Below are positions 8,948-19,700 of a stretch of 38,142 nucleotides of DNA, in pieces. The stretch comes from Calditrichia bacterium (GTDB taxonomy: Bacteria > Calditrichota > Calditrichia > RBG-13-44-9), in assembly GCA_037381445.1 (NCBI GenBank), contig JARRQT010000094.1, forward strand, positions 1 through 38,142, in the 5' to 3' direction. The position numbers were made by a program, and so were the translations under genes. How positions within the stretch are numbered: position 1 is the first letter of the stretch; each line of letters opens with the position of its first letter. The notes below the pieces were generated by a model. That model saw only the letters and a list, made by a program, of their open reading frames with translations. It was not told the origin of the DNA and searched no databases.

Positions 8948-10228
8948 ATGAAGAGAAAATCAGGCTGCTGGTAATTGAAGATGAAGAATTCGATGTGCAG
9001 CGCATCAGCAATACACTTGCTCCTTATCGGGAAAGGATTGATATCAGCGAGGTGGTTTCCAGCGGCAAAGAAGCCCTGAATGCATTACGCAACAATCCGG
9101 GAGGGTTTGATGTATCGGTCATGGATTACCAGATATCAGGCGGTCTTTACGGAGAGGAACTCATCCGGGACCTTAAGAAGCTGCAGCCGACCCTGCAGAT
9201 CCTGGTGATTACTAAGATGACCATAAATCAGACCAATATTCATTTCGCCAACCAGTTGCTGAACAGCGGGGCATTCTGGTATGGAACGAAATATCCCGGC
9301 GACATCGAAGACTATATTTACCAGCCCACCGATTTTGTATTAAGCATCCTTAACGCCTATGACAAGAAACAACTGGAGATGGAACGCATTCGGTCACATG
9401 ATAAGCTTGACAAGAACATCAATATGCTGATTGCAAAAACTGCTATAATTGGAGAATCGCCCGCGATACAGGATCTCAGGCAGCAGATTCAAAAGTATGC
9501 CCTGCCGAATGCCAGTATCCTGATCCTGGGGGAATCCGGAACCGGCAAAGAACTGGTGGCCCGCAATCTTCATTATTTCAGCAAACGCAAATATGAAAAT
9601 TTTGTGACCGTAAATTGCGCATCCATTCCAAAAGAATTGATGGAAAGTGAACTCTTCGGGTTTGAGAAGGGGGCGTTCACCGGTGCCAGGGAACCGCGGC
9701 AAGGTTTGTTTGAACAGGCCAACCACGGGACTATTTTTCTGGATGAAATTACAGAATTACCCCCCGAAGCTCAGGGCAAACTGCTGCGCGTATTGCAGGA
9801 GGGAGAAATTGACCATTCCGCTGCTGACAAAGCATTTTCTCAACATTTTCAGCAGAGACATGGGAGTGTCCGAGCCCGGACTCTCCAAAGAGGCAATGGA
9901 AACGCTCTCAACTTACCGCTGGCCGGGAAATGTCCGGCAGCTTAAAAATGTAATTAACCGGATAGTCATCCTTGGCTCGGGCGAAATCGATAAATCCACT
10001 GTGCAGCATGCCATCGATATGGATAAACGCGGACGCACCGGCCTGATGTCACTGCCGGTCTTTCAGGACAACCGCTTCATGCCCCTTAAGCAGATGGAGA
10101 CGGAGTTCAGAAAACAATACGTCCAGTTTGTCAGGAATAATTGCCGCACGGATGCCGAGGCCGCTGAAAAATTAGGATATCTGCCGCCGAATTTCCACCG
10201 CCTGTGCAAGGAGCTGGGGCTAAAATAG
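8944..10228 (+). pseudogene. NtrC-family sigma-54 response regulator broken by an internal frameshifting deletion near 9813
   Basis: REC domain, Walker A GESGTGKE, GAFTGA and Walker B FLDEI. After LQEGEID the protein continues in another frame as IPLL...YRWPGNVRQLKN plus HTH. The VRVIAATN...FR.DL.YRL block is missing. ATGA-coupled to the kinase stop. Confidence 0.88.
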
Positions 10229-10644
10229 TGTGCCTGAAATAATTTTGGATTGTTGTTTCCGGATACTGAACCGAACATCCGGGATGGTTGATTCCGGATT
10301 ATTGATCTGCCTTTGCATATGGTTCACGCATACTCGCTTTCATAAACCGTCATTGATTCAATAATTGTATGTTCAAGCAGCCCGGTGTGTCATACAGCCC
10401 TTCTTTTTCTTGATTTCCCTCAAAAATAGTTATCATTTTCGATAATAGTATCTTATCTATTTTGATAACCTGAGATTCTGCTGAATAATTCCGCGCATCG
10501 TCCATTTCACAATTCTTTTCATGCCACCCCAAAAGGTTTTTATTAGATAGTACCTTATTTTATTGATCTTTTTCAGTCGCACATATAGCATCTCTGCTCT
10601 CCGGCAGCAAAGATAAATGGTCCGGAGAAGGCTCGAGGATGCAG

Positions 10645-10660
10645 TGGCACAACATTTGTC
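10645..10660 (+). promoter_or_regulatory. Probable sigma-54 -24/-12 promoter
   Basis: TGGCAC-AACAT-TTGT versus consensus TGGCAC-N5-TTGC. About 55 nt upstream of the symporter ATG and just downstream of a sigma-54 activator gene. Confidence 0.55.
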
Positions 10661-10713
10661 CAAATAGACTTGGTTTGGGGAGGGGCTTATCGGCCACCGG
10701 ACACAGGAAAGAT

Positions 10714-12339
10714 ATGTCGCTTTCGATTTCAATTTATGACACGCTGATCATTTTTGGATATTTTGCCCTCATTCTGACGATTGGCGCCTATTTCGCCAGG
10801 AAAGGAAAAAACAGTACCGAATATTTCCTGGCCGGACGCAATGTGGGCTGGATGGCCGTTGGTGCCTCTTTATTTGCCTCCAATATCTCGGGTGAGCATT
10901 TTATCGGTTTGGCAGGGTCAGGCGCCAGCAGCGGCCTGGCAGTCGGCCATTTCGAATGGCTGGCTTCAATCATCGTGCTCTTTCTTGGCTGGATTTTTGT
11001 CCCGTTTTATCTGAAATCCGGTGTTTTCACCATGCCCGAATTTCTGGAGAAACGGTTTAACCGGGCAAGCCGCATGTATTTGACCTCTGTCTCGCTGGTA
11101 GCTTACATCCTGACCAAGATCTCTGTTACGCTGTTTGCCGGAGGCTTGCTATTAAACAAGATTCTGGGGCTGGATATGGTAACCTCGGCCGTGATGCTGG
11201 TCATTATCACCGGTCTCTATACCATCGCTGGCGGTCTTGGGGCGGTGATTTACACCGAACTGGTTCAGGCGGTTGTGCTGATTGGCGGGTCCGCGCTGTT
11301 GACCTTCTTGGGTTTGAAGGAGGTGGGCGGTTTTTCGGGGCTGGAGGCAAAACTGCCGCATGAATTTTTCTCCATGTTCAAGCCGATGTCAGATCCTGAT
11401 TTCCCATGGACCGGTATTCTGTTTGGCGCTCCGATCCTGGGAATCTGGTATTGGTGCACCGATCAGTTTATTGTCCAGCGGGTGCTCAGCGCTAAGAATA
11501 TCCATCATGCCCGTAGCGGGGCCATCTTCGCCGGTTTTCTTAAAGTGCTGCCCGTTTTTATCCTCGTTCTCCCTGGCCTGATTGCCATTGTCTTATTTCC
11601 CGAAATCTCTGGCGACGAAGCCTTTCCAACTCTGGTCACCAGTCATCTTTTGCCGGTGGGGATCAAAGGTATTGTAATAGCCGGTCTCCTGGCGGCCGTG
11701 ATGTCTTCCCTGGCGAGCTGCTTTAACAGCAGTTCCACCTTGTTCACCATGGATTTCTACCGCCATTTCAGGCCCCTGGCCAATGAACGGGAACTGGTAT
11801 TGGTAGGGCGTTTGGCCACGGCCGTTATGGTCATGTTGGGGATAATGTGGGTCCCGCTTATCCATAGCATCAGCTCCCAATTATTCATCTATCTGCAAAG
11901 CGTTCAGGCCTATATCAGCCCCCCGATTGCCGCTGTTTTTATCCTGGGGGTTTTATGGAAGCGGGTGAACGGGCGCGGCGCCATTTATGCATTGATCACC
12001 GGAGCTATAATCGGCGGACTTCGCCTGGCACTGGAGATCATGTTCAAGAAGAGCGGATTTTCCCTGCCCGGCATGGATTGGTTCGTGCAGATGAATTTCC
12101 TGCATTTTGCACTTTTTCTTTTCATCATTTCTGTCGCTGTCCTGACCTTGCTCAGTCTGCAGGATGAACAGCCGCCGGCTGAAAAAATCGCCGGATTAAC
12201 AATCTCCGGCAGCAGACTGCAGCAATCCGCACTGAACATGGCCGTTGGGACGGAGAATCCCTGGTGGATGCGAATTAATATTGCATTATCTGTCGCGCTC
12301 GTATCCCTTATCATTCTCATTTGTATTATTTTCTTTTAA
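10714..12339 (+). CDS. Sodium:solute symporter (SGLT-like sugar cotransporter)
   Basis: EYFLAGR, GASLFASNI..EHFIGLAG, WYWCTDQFIVQRVL and many TM helices. Start chosen at ATG 10714 after the aggaaag RBS. Confidence 0.93.
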   Translation: MSLSISIYDTLIIFGYFALILTIGAYFARKGKNSTEYFLAGRNVGWMAVGASLFASNISGEHFIGLAGSGASSGLAVGHFEWLASIIVLFLGWIFVPFYLKSGVFTMPEFLEKRFNRASRMYLTSVSLVAYILTKISVTLFAGGLLLNKILGLDMVTSAVMLVIITGLYTIAGGLGAVIYTELVQAVVLIGGSALLTFLGLKEVGGFSGLEAKLPHEFFSMFKPMSDPDFPWTGILFGAPILGIWYWCTDQFIVQRVLSAKNIHHARSGAIFAGFLKVLPVFILVLPGLIAIVLFPEISGDEAFPTLVTSHLLPVGIKGIVIAGLLAAVMSSLASCFNSSSTLFTMDFYRHFRPLANERELVLVGRLATAVMVMLGIMWVPLIHSISSQLFIYLQSVQAYISPPIAAVFILGVLWKRVNGRGAIYALITGAIIGGLRLALEIMFKKSGFSLPGMDWFVQMNFLHFALFLFIISVAVLTLLSLQDEQPPAEKIAGLTISGSRLQQSALNMAVGTENPWWMRINIALSVALVSLIILICIIFF

Positions 12340-12420
12340 GCTTGCTGGTTAAACGGATAAACGGATATTACTATTTAATTTTGATGTGGAAATAAATTCC
12401 CGGAATGTTTAACCAGTTTC

Positions 12421-13779
12421 ATGGACGAAATCGGGTTGAGCGGCGACTGGTTCCCGTCAGAAGGGGCTATCTGGATGGAGGACATGGACCACGATACCAT
12501 TTTTACCAAAACCGTTAAAATTCCCGATTCTTATGTGGGGACCCTGTTCGAATTCAAGTATCAGATCAATGATGCTATCTGGGAGGGCGATCCGAACCGG
12601 AATTTTACGCTGGATGCCTCATCACCTCAGGTTTTGCAGCTTGTTTATTTCGATCGCGACACCGTTGTAAACCTTTCCGTGATCAACACTCTCAATTTTA
12701 CGCTTGATATGACTGATATATACGGATCGGGTCTGGGATTTTTCGATCCTGCCACAGACAGCGTAATGCTGATGGGCCTGGATTGGAGCGGTGCAGTGGT
12801 AATCGACAGCCTGAGTGACCGGACATTCCGGGAAGACCCGTTCAATCCCGGAGTCTTCCATGCCACGATGACCATTAAAGGAGTGGAAGGCGACTCCACG
12901 AGGTATAAATGCAAGGCAGAGCCGGAAGCCGATTTTTTTAACTGGGGATGGGAAATTACACCGGATAAATGGCATTTCATTCAGGGCGAAGATGCCGTGA
13001 TAGATGTGCCCGCATTTAAGCCGGATATCTTTCCGATAAAGCCGCCATTAACAGACGCAGTCACCATCCTTTTTCAGGTTGATATGACTCATGCAACCAA
13101 TTTCTATACCGATGATCCCATAAATCCGGCTGATTTGATATTTGTCGGTCTAAAAGGGCAGAATTCCGTATTGGGCAGTTGGGGAGGCGATTGGGCGCCG
13201 TCCGATACATCCGGCGGAACGCTTCAGGTGCTGAATGATTCCGGCGAAAACGGAGACAAATCAGCGGGCGATAACATCTGGTCAGCCAATATCACCTTTC
13301 CGCTTGGAAATGACGGCGGTCCGGGACTCTACAAATATGGTGCGATGTACTCCGGCGCCGATACCATTAACGGCGGATATCACCCGCTGGACAATGAAAT
13401 GCAGGACAGGGATCACTGGGTAAATGTTATGGTAGGCGGGCCGACCGAGGTAATGGATTATTTCGGTTCTCTGAGTGCCCCCACGGCTATCGAGCCGGCA
13501 AAGGACGTGATGGCTCAGTCGTTTGTGCTGGAACAGAATTATCCCAATCCTTTCAACCCGGTTACGACCATTCGCTATACGCTTCCGGCGAGCTCTGAAA
13601 TTCAGCTTAATGTCTATAACATACTGGGACAAAGAGTATCAACGCTTTTCAATGGGAAGCAGAACGCCGGAATCCACCAGGTCCGATTTGATGCCTCCTT
13701 CCTCGGCAGCGGTGTCTATTTCTATGAATTGAGCTCGGGAAAAACAAGAATTACCCGGAAAATGCTCCTCATGAAGTAA
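12421..13779 (+). CDS. Putative glycan-binding (CBM20/Ig-like repeat) protein with T9SS type-A C-terminal domain, 5' truncated
   Basis: Repeated F..DM / W / FEFKY-YKY beta-sandwich units and C-terminal LEQNYPNPFNP...SGVYFY...KMLLMK. No signal peptide, and an in-frame stop at 12382. Confidence 0.7.
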   Translation: MDEIGLSGDWFPSEGAIWMEDMDHDTIFTKTVKIPDSYVGTLFEFKYQINDAIWEGDPNRNFTLDASSPQVLQLVYFDRDTVVNLSVINTLNFTLDMTDIYGSGLGFFDPATDSVMLMGLDWSGAVVIDSLSDRTFREDPFNPGVFHATMTIKGVEGDSTRYKCKAEPEADFFNWGWEITPDKWHFIQGEDAVIDVPAFKPDIFPIKPPLTDAVTILFQVDMTHATNFYTDDPINPADLIFVGLKGQNSVLGSWGGDWAPSDTSGGTLQVLNDSGENGDKSAGDNIWSANITFPLGNDGGPGLYKYGAMYSGADTINGGYHPLDNEMQDRDHWVNVMVGGPTEVMDYFGSLSAPTAIEPAKDVMAQSFVLEQNYPNPFNPVTTIRYTLPASSEIQLNVYNILGQRVSTLFNGKQNAGIHQVRFDASFLGSGVYFYELSSGKTRITRKMLLMK

Positions 13780-13805
13780 GCCGGGACATATACGCTGTGC
13801 ATATG

Positions 13806-13850
13806 ATTCCGCCGGCGGCTAAGCACCCTGCCAGTTCGCCGGCGGGATTT
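13806..13850 (+). terminator. GC-rich stem-loop (weak terminator or mRNA stabiliser)
   Basis: attccgccggcgg ... tcgccggcgggat inverted repeat with only a short T tail. Confidence 0.4.
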
Positions 13851-13880
13851 GATCCTAAGATGAAATCATACAGGTGGATA

Positions 13881-16658
13881 ATGATTTTCTCAACACGCAG
13901 TCGCATTAATTTTTTTCCGGTTGTCTCAATCTTATTATTTTTATGCGCTGTCGTACCGGCAGTTGCAGGAATAACTGGGAAAATAATGGGCAGGATTACC
14001 GATGGCAAAAACGGTGATCCCCTGCCCTATGTAAATGTTTATCTGGAAAATACCGCTTTAGGCGCGGCAACAGACGAGGACGGATTTTACATGATTCTGA
14101 ACGTGCCCCCGGGAAATTATACCGTTACCGCATCGGTTATCGGCTACCGGACAATGTCCTTCCGGGACGTGGAAGTCTCCATAGACCTGACTACCCGCAT
14201 CGATTTCGACCTGAATGAAACCGCGCTGGATCTGGGTGAGACCATTGTCGTGGAAGCCCGGAAGCCAATTATCACCAAAGACCTGACTGCTTCCACGGCA
14301 GTGGTCAGCTCGGAGGACATAAAGGCCCTGCCAGTCACCGAATTCAGGGAAATCCTTGAGCTGCAGGCCGGTTTTATATCCGGTCATGTACGGGGCGGGC
14401 GCACTGGAGAAATCGTTTATGCCATCGACGGAGTGCCGATCACCGATGCCTTTGACGGCTCTACTGTAATCGATGTAAATGCCAATGCCATCCAGGAATT
14501 CCAGTTTATCAGCGGAGCCTTCAATGCCGAGTACGGAAAAGCATTATCAGGATATGTAAATATAGCCACCAAGGAGCCTGACAATCATTTCAATGCCAGT
14601 CTTTCCGGCTATATGGGAGATCATGTTTCCACGCATACCGATGTATTTCGGGCCATCGATCAGGTTGATCCTTCGTCGATTCGCAATTTTGAGGGATTTG
14701 TCTCGGGGCCGATTGTTCCGAACAAGCTCAGCTTTTATATCAATTCAAGGTATACCCATTTTGGCGGCTGGATCAACGGGCGGCGGGTATTCAATCCGTG
14801 GGACATTACCATAAATAACGGTCCCAATGTGCCGGTCGAATATCGTTATCAAATTGGCCGGACCGGTGACGGAGCGTTCGTTCCCATGAACGGAAATGAC
14901 AGGATCTACCTGCAGGGCAAGCTGGTTTTCAAACCCGTTTCCACTCTCAAATTCAGCTACAATTTTTTGGCAGATCTGATGCAGTACCGGGAGTACGACC
15001 ACAACTACGCTTACAATCCGGATGGCGATTTTAAACGGTTCAGCAACGGATACACTCATATCTTCACGATAAACCATGTGCTGAATGCCTCCAATTATTA
15101 CCAGCTCAGCGCTTCATATTTTTCCAACGAATACAAACATTATGTCTATCAAAATCTGGCCGACAGCCGCTATACCCATTATAAATTAACGAACCAGCAG
15201 CCGCAGGAGACTCCCAGTTTTCTCACCGGCGGCACCAAACCTCAGCATCTCAACCGCACCACTGACACATGGACGGCCAAGTTCGACTACACTTCCCAGA
15301 TCACCAAAATACACCAGGTAAAATTAGGTCTCGATTTCAGCCGCTACAGACTGGATTATCGTAATCTGACCCTGATTCAGGAAGCCGGACTGCAAGATCC
15401 TTCCATTTCGGGGAATCCATTTGTCAAGGTGCATATCCCCAATCCAGATGATCTGTATGAATATACCTCCATAGACCTTTACACCCGCAAACCCGCAGAA
15501 TTTTCTTTCTACTTGCAGGACAAAATTGAACTCAGCCAGATGATCATAAATGCCGGCCTGCGGTTCGATTCATTTTTCCCGGACGGGCAGATCCTGAATG
15601 ATCCGTCGGATCCAGACATCCATCGCCCTCGCCGCCCTGAGAACCTGGCCCGTACCCTGGCAGAAAGGAGAACCTACTGGTATAAGGACGCCACCGCCAA
15701 GTACCAGTTCAGCCCGCGCCTGGGAGTCTCATTCCCCATCAGCGACCGGGGCGTATTCCATTTTTCATACGGCCACTTTTTCCAGATCCCTAATTTCGAA
15801 TTGCTCTATCAAAATCCGGAATACAAATTTGGCGTAGGTACGGGCAACCTCGGCGTGGCGGGAAATCCGGATCTTAATCCTGAGCAGACAATTAACGGGG
15901 AAGTTGGCGTCAGCCAGGCGCTCACCAGTGACATTTCTGTTGACATCACCGGCTATTTCCGCGATATCCGCAACCTGGCGGGGACCCGCGCCGACGAGAT
16001 CGATCTCTTTGGCGGGTCCGGCACCTACAGCCAACTGGTGAACAGCGACTTTGGTTTTGTGCGCGGTGTTGTGCTGACTGTTGAAAAACGGCTTTCCGGG
16101 AATTGGTCGGCCAAACTGGATTATACCCTGCAGACCGCCAAAGGAAATGCTTCGGATCCCGCTGCTACCCGTAATCACCGCATCAGCGGCGAGGAACCGG
16201 AGGTTCAGCTTATTAAACTTGACTTCGACCAGACTCACACTGTTAACGCCACCTTCAGCTATGTCTCAAAAGACGACTGGGGATTCAGCATTATCGGCCG
16301 GTACGGCAGCGGCATGCCTTACACGCCGAGACAATCTATTAATATATCCAAACTTCTGACTAATTCGGAAATCCGGCCCGCTAATATCAACGTTGACCTG
16401 AAAGCACAAAAAGATTTTTTGTTTGGCCGGCAGCGGATCATGATCTTTGCGCGCATCCTGAATCTGTTTGATTTCAAAAACCAGCTGCAGGTCTATGACG
16501 ACAGCGGCTCTGCCGATTTTACTATTGATGAATACACCTTTCAGCACCAGAATGTACCGGTTCTCGTAAATTCCCTGGATGAATTTTACCGTAATCCGCT
16601 TTTTTATTCCGAACCGCGGCGGATTGAAGTCGGCATGAGCTTCTATCTGAATCCGTGA
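13881..16658 (+). CDS. TonB-dependent receptor with N-terminal CarboxypepD_reg-like domain
   Basis: Signal peptide, GKI.G.ITD...G.PL..VNV, plug motifs HVRGGR and GAFNAEYG, barrel motifs SPRLG.SFPI and GNPDL.PE, C-terminal PRRIEVG. Start may instead be 13860. Confidence 0.93.
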   Translation: MIFSTRSRINFFPVVSILLFLCAVVPAVAGITGKIMGRITDGKNGDPLPYVNVYLENTALGAATDEDGFYMILNVPPGNYTVTASVIGYRTMSFRDVEVSIDLTTRIDFDLNETALDLGETIVVEARKPIITKDLTASTAVVSSEDIKALPVTEFREILELQAGFISGHVRGGRTGEIVYAIDGVPITDAFDGSTVIDVNANAIQEFQFISGAFNAEYGKALSGYVNIATKEPDNHFNASLSGYMGDHVSTHTDVFRAIDQVDPSSIRNFEGFVSGPIVPNKLSFYINSRYTHFGGWINGRRVFNPWDITINNGPNVPVEYRYQIGRTGDGAFVPMNGNDRIYLQGKLVFKPVSTLKFSYNFLADLMQYREYDHNYAYNPDGDFKRFSNGYTHIFTINHVLNASNYYQLSASYFSNEYKHYVYQNLADSRYTHYKLTNQQPQETPSFLTGGTKPQHLNRTTDTWTAKFDYTSQITKIHQVKLGLDFSRYRLDYRNLTLIQEAGLQDPSISGNPFVKVHIPNPDDLYEYTSIDLYTRKPAEFSFYLQDKIELSQMIINAGLRFDSFFPDGQILNDPSDPDIHRPRRPENLARTLAERRTYWYKDATAKYQFSPRLGVSFPISDRGVFHFSYGHFFQIPNFELLYQNPEYKFGVGTGNLGVAGNPDLNPEQTINGEVGVSQALTSDISVDITGYFRDIRNLAGTRADEIDLFGGSGTYSQLVNSDFGFVRGVVLTVEKRLSGNWSAKLDYTLQTAKGNASDPAATRNHRISGEEPEVQLIKLDFDQTHTVNATFSYVSKDDWGFSIIGRYGSGMPYTPRQSINISKLLTNSEIRPANINVDLKAQKDFLFGRQRIMIFARILNLFDFKNQLQVYDDSGSADFTIDEYTFQHQNVPVLVNSLDEFYRNPLFYSEPRRIEVGMSFYLNP

Positions 16659-16725
16659 CCAGGCGGACCGCATGGTTTGACGAGACAAAAATGTTTTATT
16701 GAGATTTTTTAAAAAGGACGTCCCG

Positions 16726-19700
16726 ATGAAGCGCATCACACAAAACTCTTTCATTCTCATTGTATTAAGCATCCTGTTAGCCAGCCAGGCCCCGGCCCAG
16801 ATTGGGAGAGGGACTTCTTCCGCCCGGAAGGTAGGTAACCACAACGGAAACGAGGTCCGGACCACCTTCAGCAATTGGGGAGTCATCGGTCAGCCGGGCA
16901 GCCAAGGAACCAACGTGGCCTGGAAATATGATGCCAACGGTTACGCGACAGACATCCAGCCGCTGGTGGGAGTCCGGCTGCCGATCCGCGATTACCGGGT
17001 GGGAGGGGCCTATGATGGAGTACCGGATACCCTTCACTCGGTCATAGGCTGCAATGCGGACCGTTCCGGGATCGCCGATTATGATCCGAGCGGCAGCACT
17101 TTTTGGGGATTCGAGCCCATTCCCGGATTCTTCAATCCTGATATCGATGAAATCGGGGTGGGTGTGGCCATGAGCAACCAGCCCCGAACCTGGCCATCCT
17201 CCTGGCCCGATCATCCTGATTGGGTGGATGAGAATGGAAAGGCGGAATGGAACGGCTATTTCGGACGCGGCCAGATGAATGCCGATCAGGAAAGCTTTTT
17301 TATGATGGACGATAATGTGGATCAAAAGATGTTCAGGCAATACGCCTTTTTGCCGGACAGCACCGATCCTACCCGCAAAGGACAGGGATTGCGGGTCACT
17401 GTGCGAGGTCTGCAGTGGCGCAATATACTGGCGCAGGATGTCATTTTCTGGTTATACGAGGTGGAAAATGTTGGGACTTCTTTTTATGATCAGGTTTCTT
17501 TCGGGACCCTGGTAGGAACGTATGTGGGCGTGGGCCCCATGGGCGGCACGGAATACATCGATGATGCTTCCTTTTTCAATATCCGTGAATCGATCCTTTA
17601 TACCTGGGATTATGATCACTACATCAACCCGTCCGCCAATCCCAATTGGGAACCCACTTTTGATGATGTAGGATATATCGGCTATGCGTTCCTGGAGTCT
17701 CCCGGGAATGACTATGACGGCATAGACAACGACGGCGATAATGCCCGCTACGGAGGGACCGCCCCGGTATTCACCGGTGCCGACTTCACGCCCCGCAAGG
17801 TTCACGCCGGCGACAAGTTGATACTGATTAACCGAAACAAAAATTACGAGCGTATTCCTTTCATCATGCCGGATACAGCGGTCACTGTGCATTCCATGGG
17901 GCAGGAATTTCATCTTATTCCCGACACCACTGTTTTGCAGGAAGGGAATATGGTGCTGGGAGGACCTTCCGGCCTTCATCTGAATGAGAATGCCTATGAC
18001 GGCGTGGATAATGATCTGGACGGATTAATCGATGAAAACTACCAGGTGCATTATCGCCAATACAAGGAGACCACGGGCCATGTGGTACTGATCGATACAA
18101 CGGCACCCGTACAGCATTTTGATTATGTGAACAACCTGGGGCTGACCGATCCTATGATAGATGAGGCCCGGGACGACGGCATCGACAATGACGGGGATTG
18201 GGACCCGGATAAAGATGATGTGGGCGCGGACGGCAAGCCGGGGACCCATGATTTCGGCGAAGGCGATGGAATTCCCACTGAGGGCGAACCGAATTTTGAT
18301 TCCAAGGATGTCGATGAATCCGATCAGTTGGGTTTAACCAGCTTCGATTACTTTGTGCCGTCAACCGACATCGACATGAGTAACGAGAATGAAATGTGGC
18401 AGCGGATGACCCCGGGTCGTTTCGATGTGCCGGAATCGGTTGTCAAGAATCGGGCAACCCGCGGGGAGGATGGAGACTTCATCTTCGGCAGTGGATACTT
18501 TTCACTACCGCCGGGCAAAACACAGCGATTCTCATTGGCTCTCGTTTTTGGCGATGACTACGACGCGGTGGTGCGCAGCAAGAACATCGCCCAGTTGATT
18601 TACAACTCCAACTACAATTTCCCCAAGGCCCCCGATAAGCCGACTCTCACCGCCGTGCCCGGTGACAGCCAGGTCACCCTTTACTGGGATAAGGTTGCTG
18701 AACATAGCTACGACAAATCCTTGCAGGAGTATGATTTTGAGGGCTACAAAATTTTCCGCAGCACTGATCCGTATTTTAACGATGTCAAAACCATTACCAA
18801 CGGCTATGGACAAAAAGTTGATTACCGGCCGATAAAACAGTTCGACCTGGCGAACAACATATCGGGTTTTTTTAATTACGATCCCATTCTGAACGACAAA
18901 AACAGTGCTACCCCGTTTTACCTGGGCGAAGATTCCGGCATACAAAATTCCTATGTGGATAAGGGGCTAGTGAACGGCCGCACCTATTATTATGCCGTGT
19001 GCGCTTACGATCACGGCCGGGAATCCGAATCAATCTTTCCGTCTCAGAATCCAATGACCATCACTATAAACGCTGCGGGGCAGATTTTCCCGGACCAGAA
19101 CACTGCGGTAGTCGTTCCCAATGCCCCGGTAGCCGGGTATCAGGAGCCCGCTTCCGGGGTTGATATGACACGGGTGAAAGGCGTTTCCACCTACACGCCA
19201 AGCGTTGAAGTGATTAATCCGTCTCTGCTGAAAAATGCTACCTATACCCTCACCTTCTCCGATACGGTAAGAAAAGGCGTTCCGATGGCCCGCACATTCG
19301 ATATCGTTGATTCCGCATCCGGAGATACTGTTTTAAAAAATAATCCGTATATCCGCCCACATAACGGAGATGTTTTTGACGGGCTGCGTGTATCCTTTAA
19401 CACTGCCTTCCAGAATCCGGACAGCATTCGCCTGGATACCACCCGCAGCGGCTGGAATCATCCCGATACCAGTAACCTGACACCGGTGGTGTCGGTTTTC
19501 AAATGGGGGAATGTTATCAGTACCCGCAGCGCCAAAGATTACATGTTCGTATTTGACAATGAATGGAAGTATGCTTCGTCCCGGCTGACCTCAATTTTCG
19601 GGAATGCATCTCCCCTGCAAATCCGTCAAACCAATTTCGCGATCTATGATATAACCGACAACAAGAATCCGCTGAAAATTGAATACGGATTTGTGGAAAG

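Noticed and set aside
9647..10228. Separate 193-aa gene or programmed frameshift
   Set aside because: It is the C-terminal part of the sigma-54 regulator. Essential sequence is missing, so frameshifting could not restore the protein.
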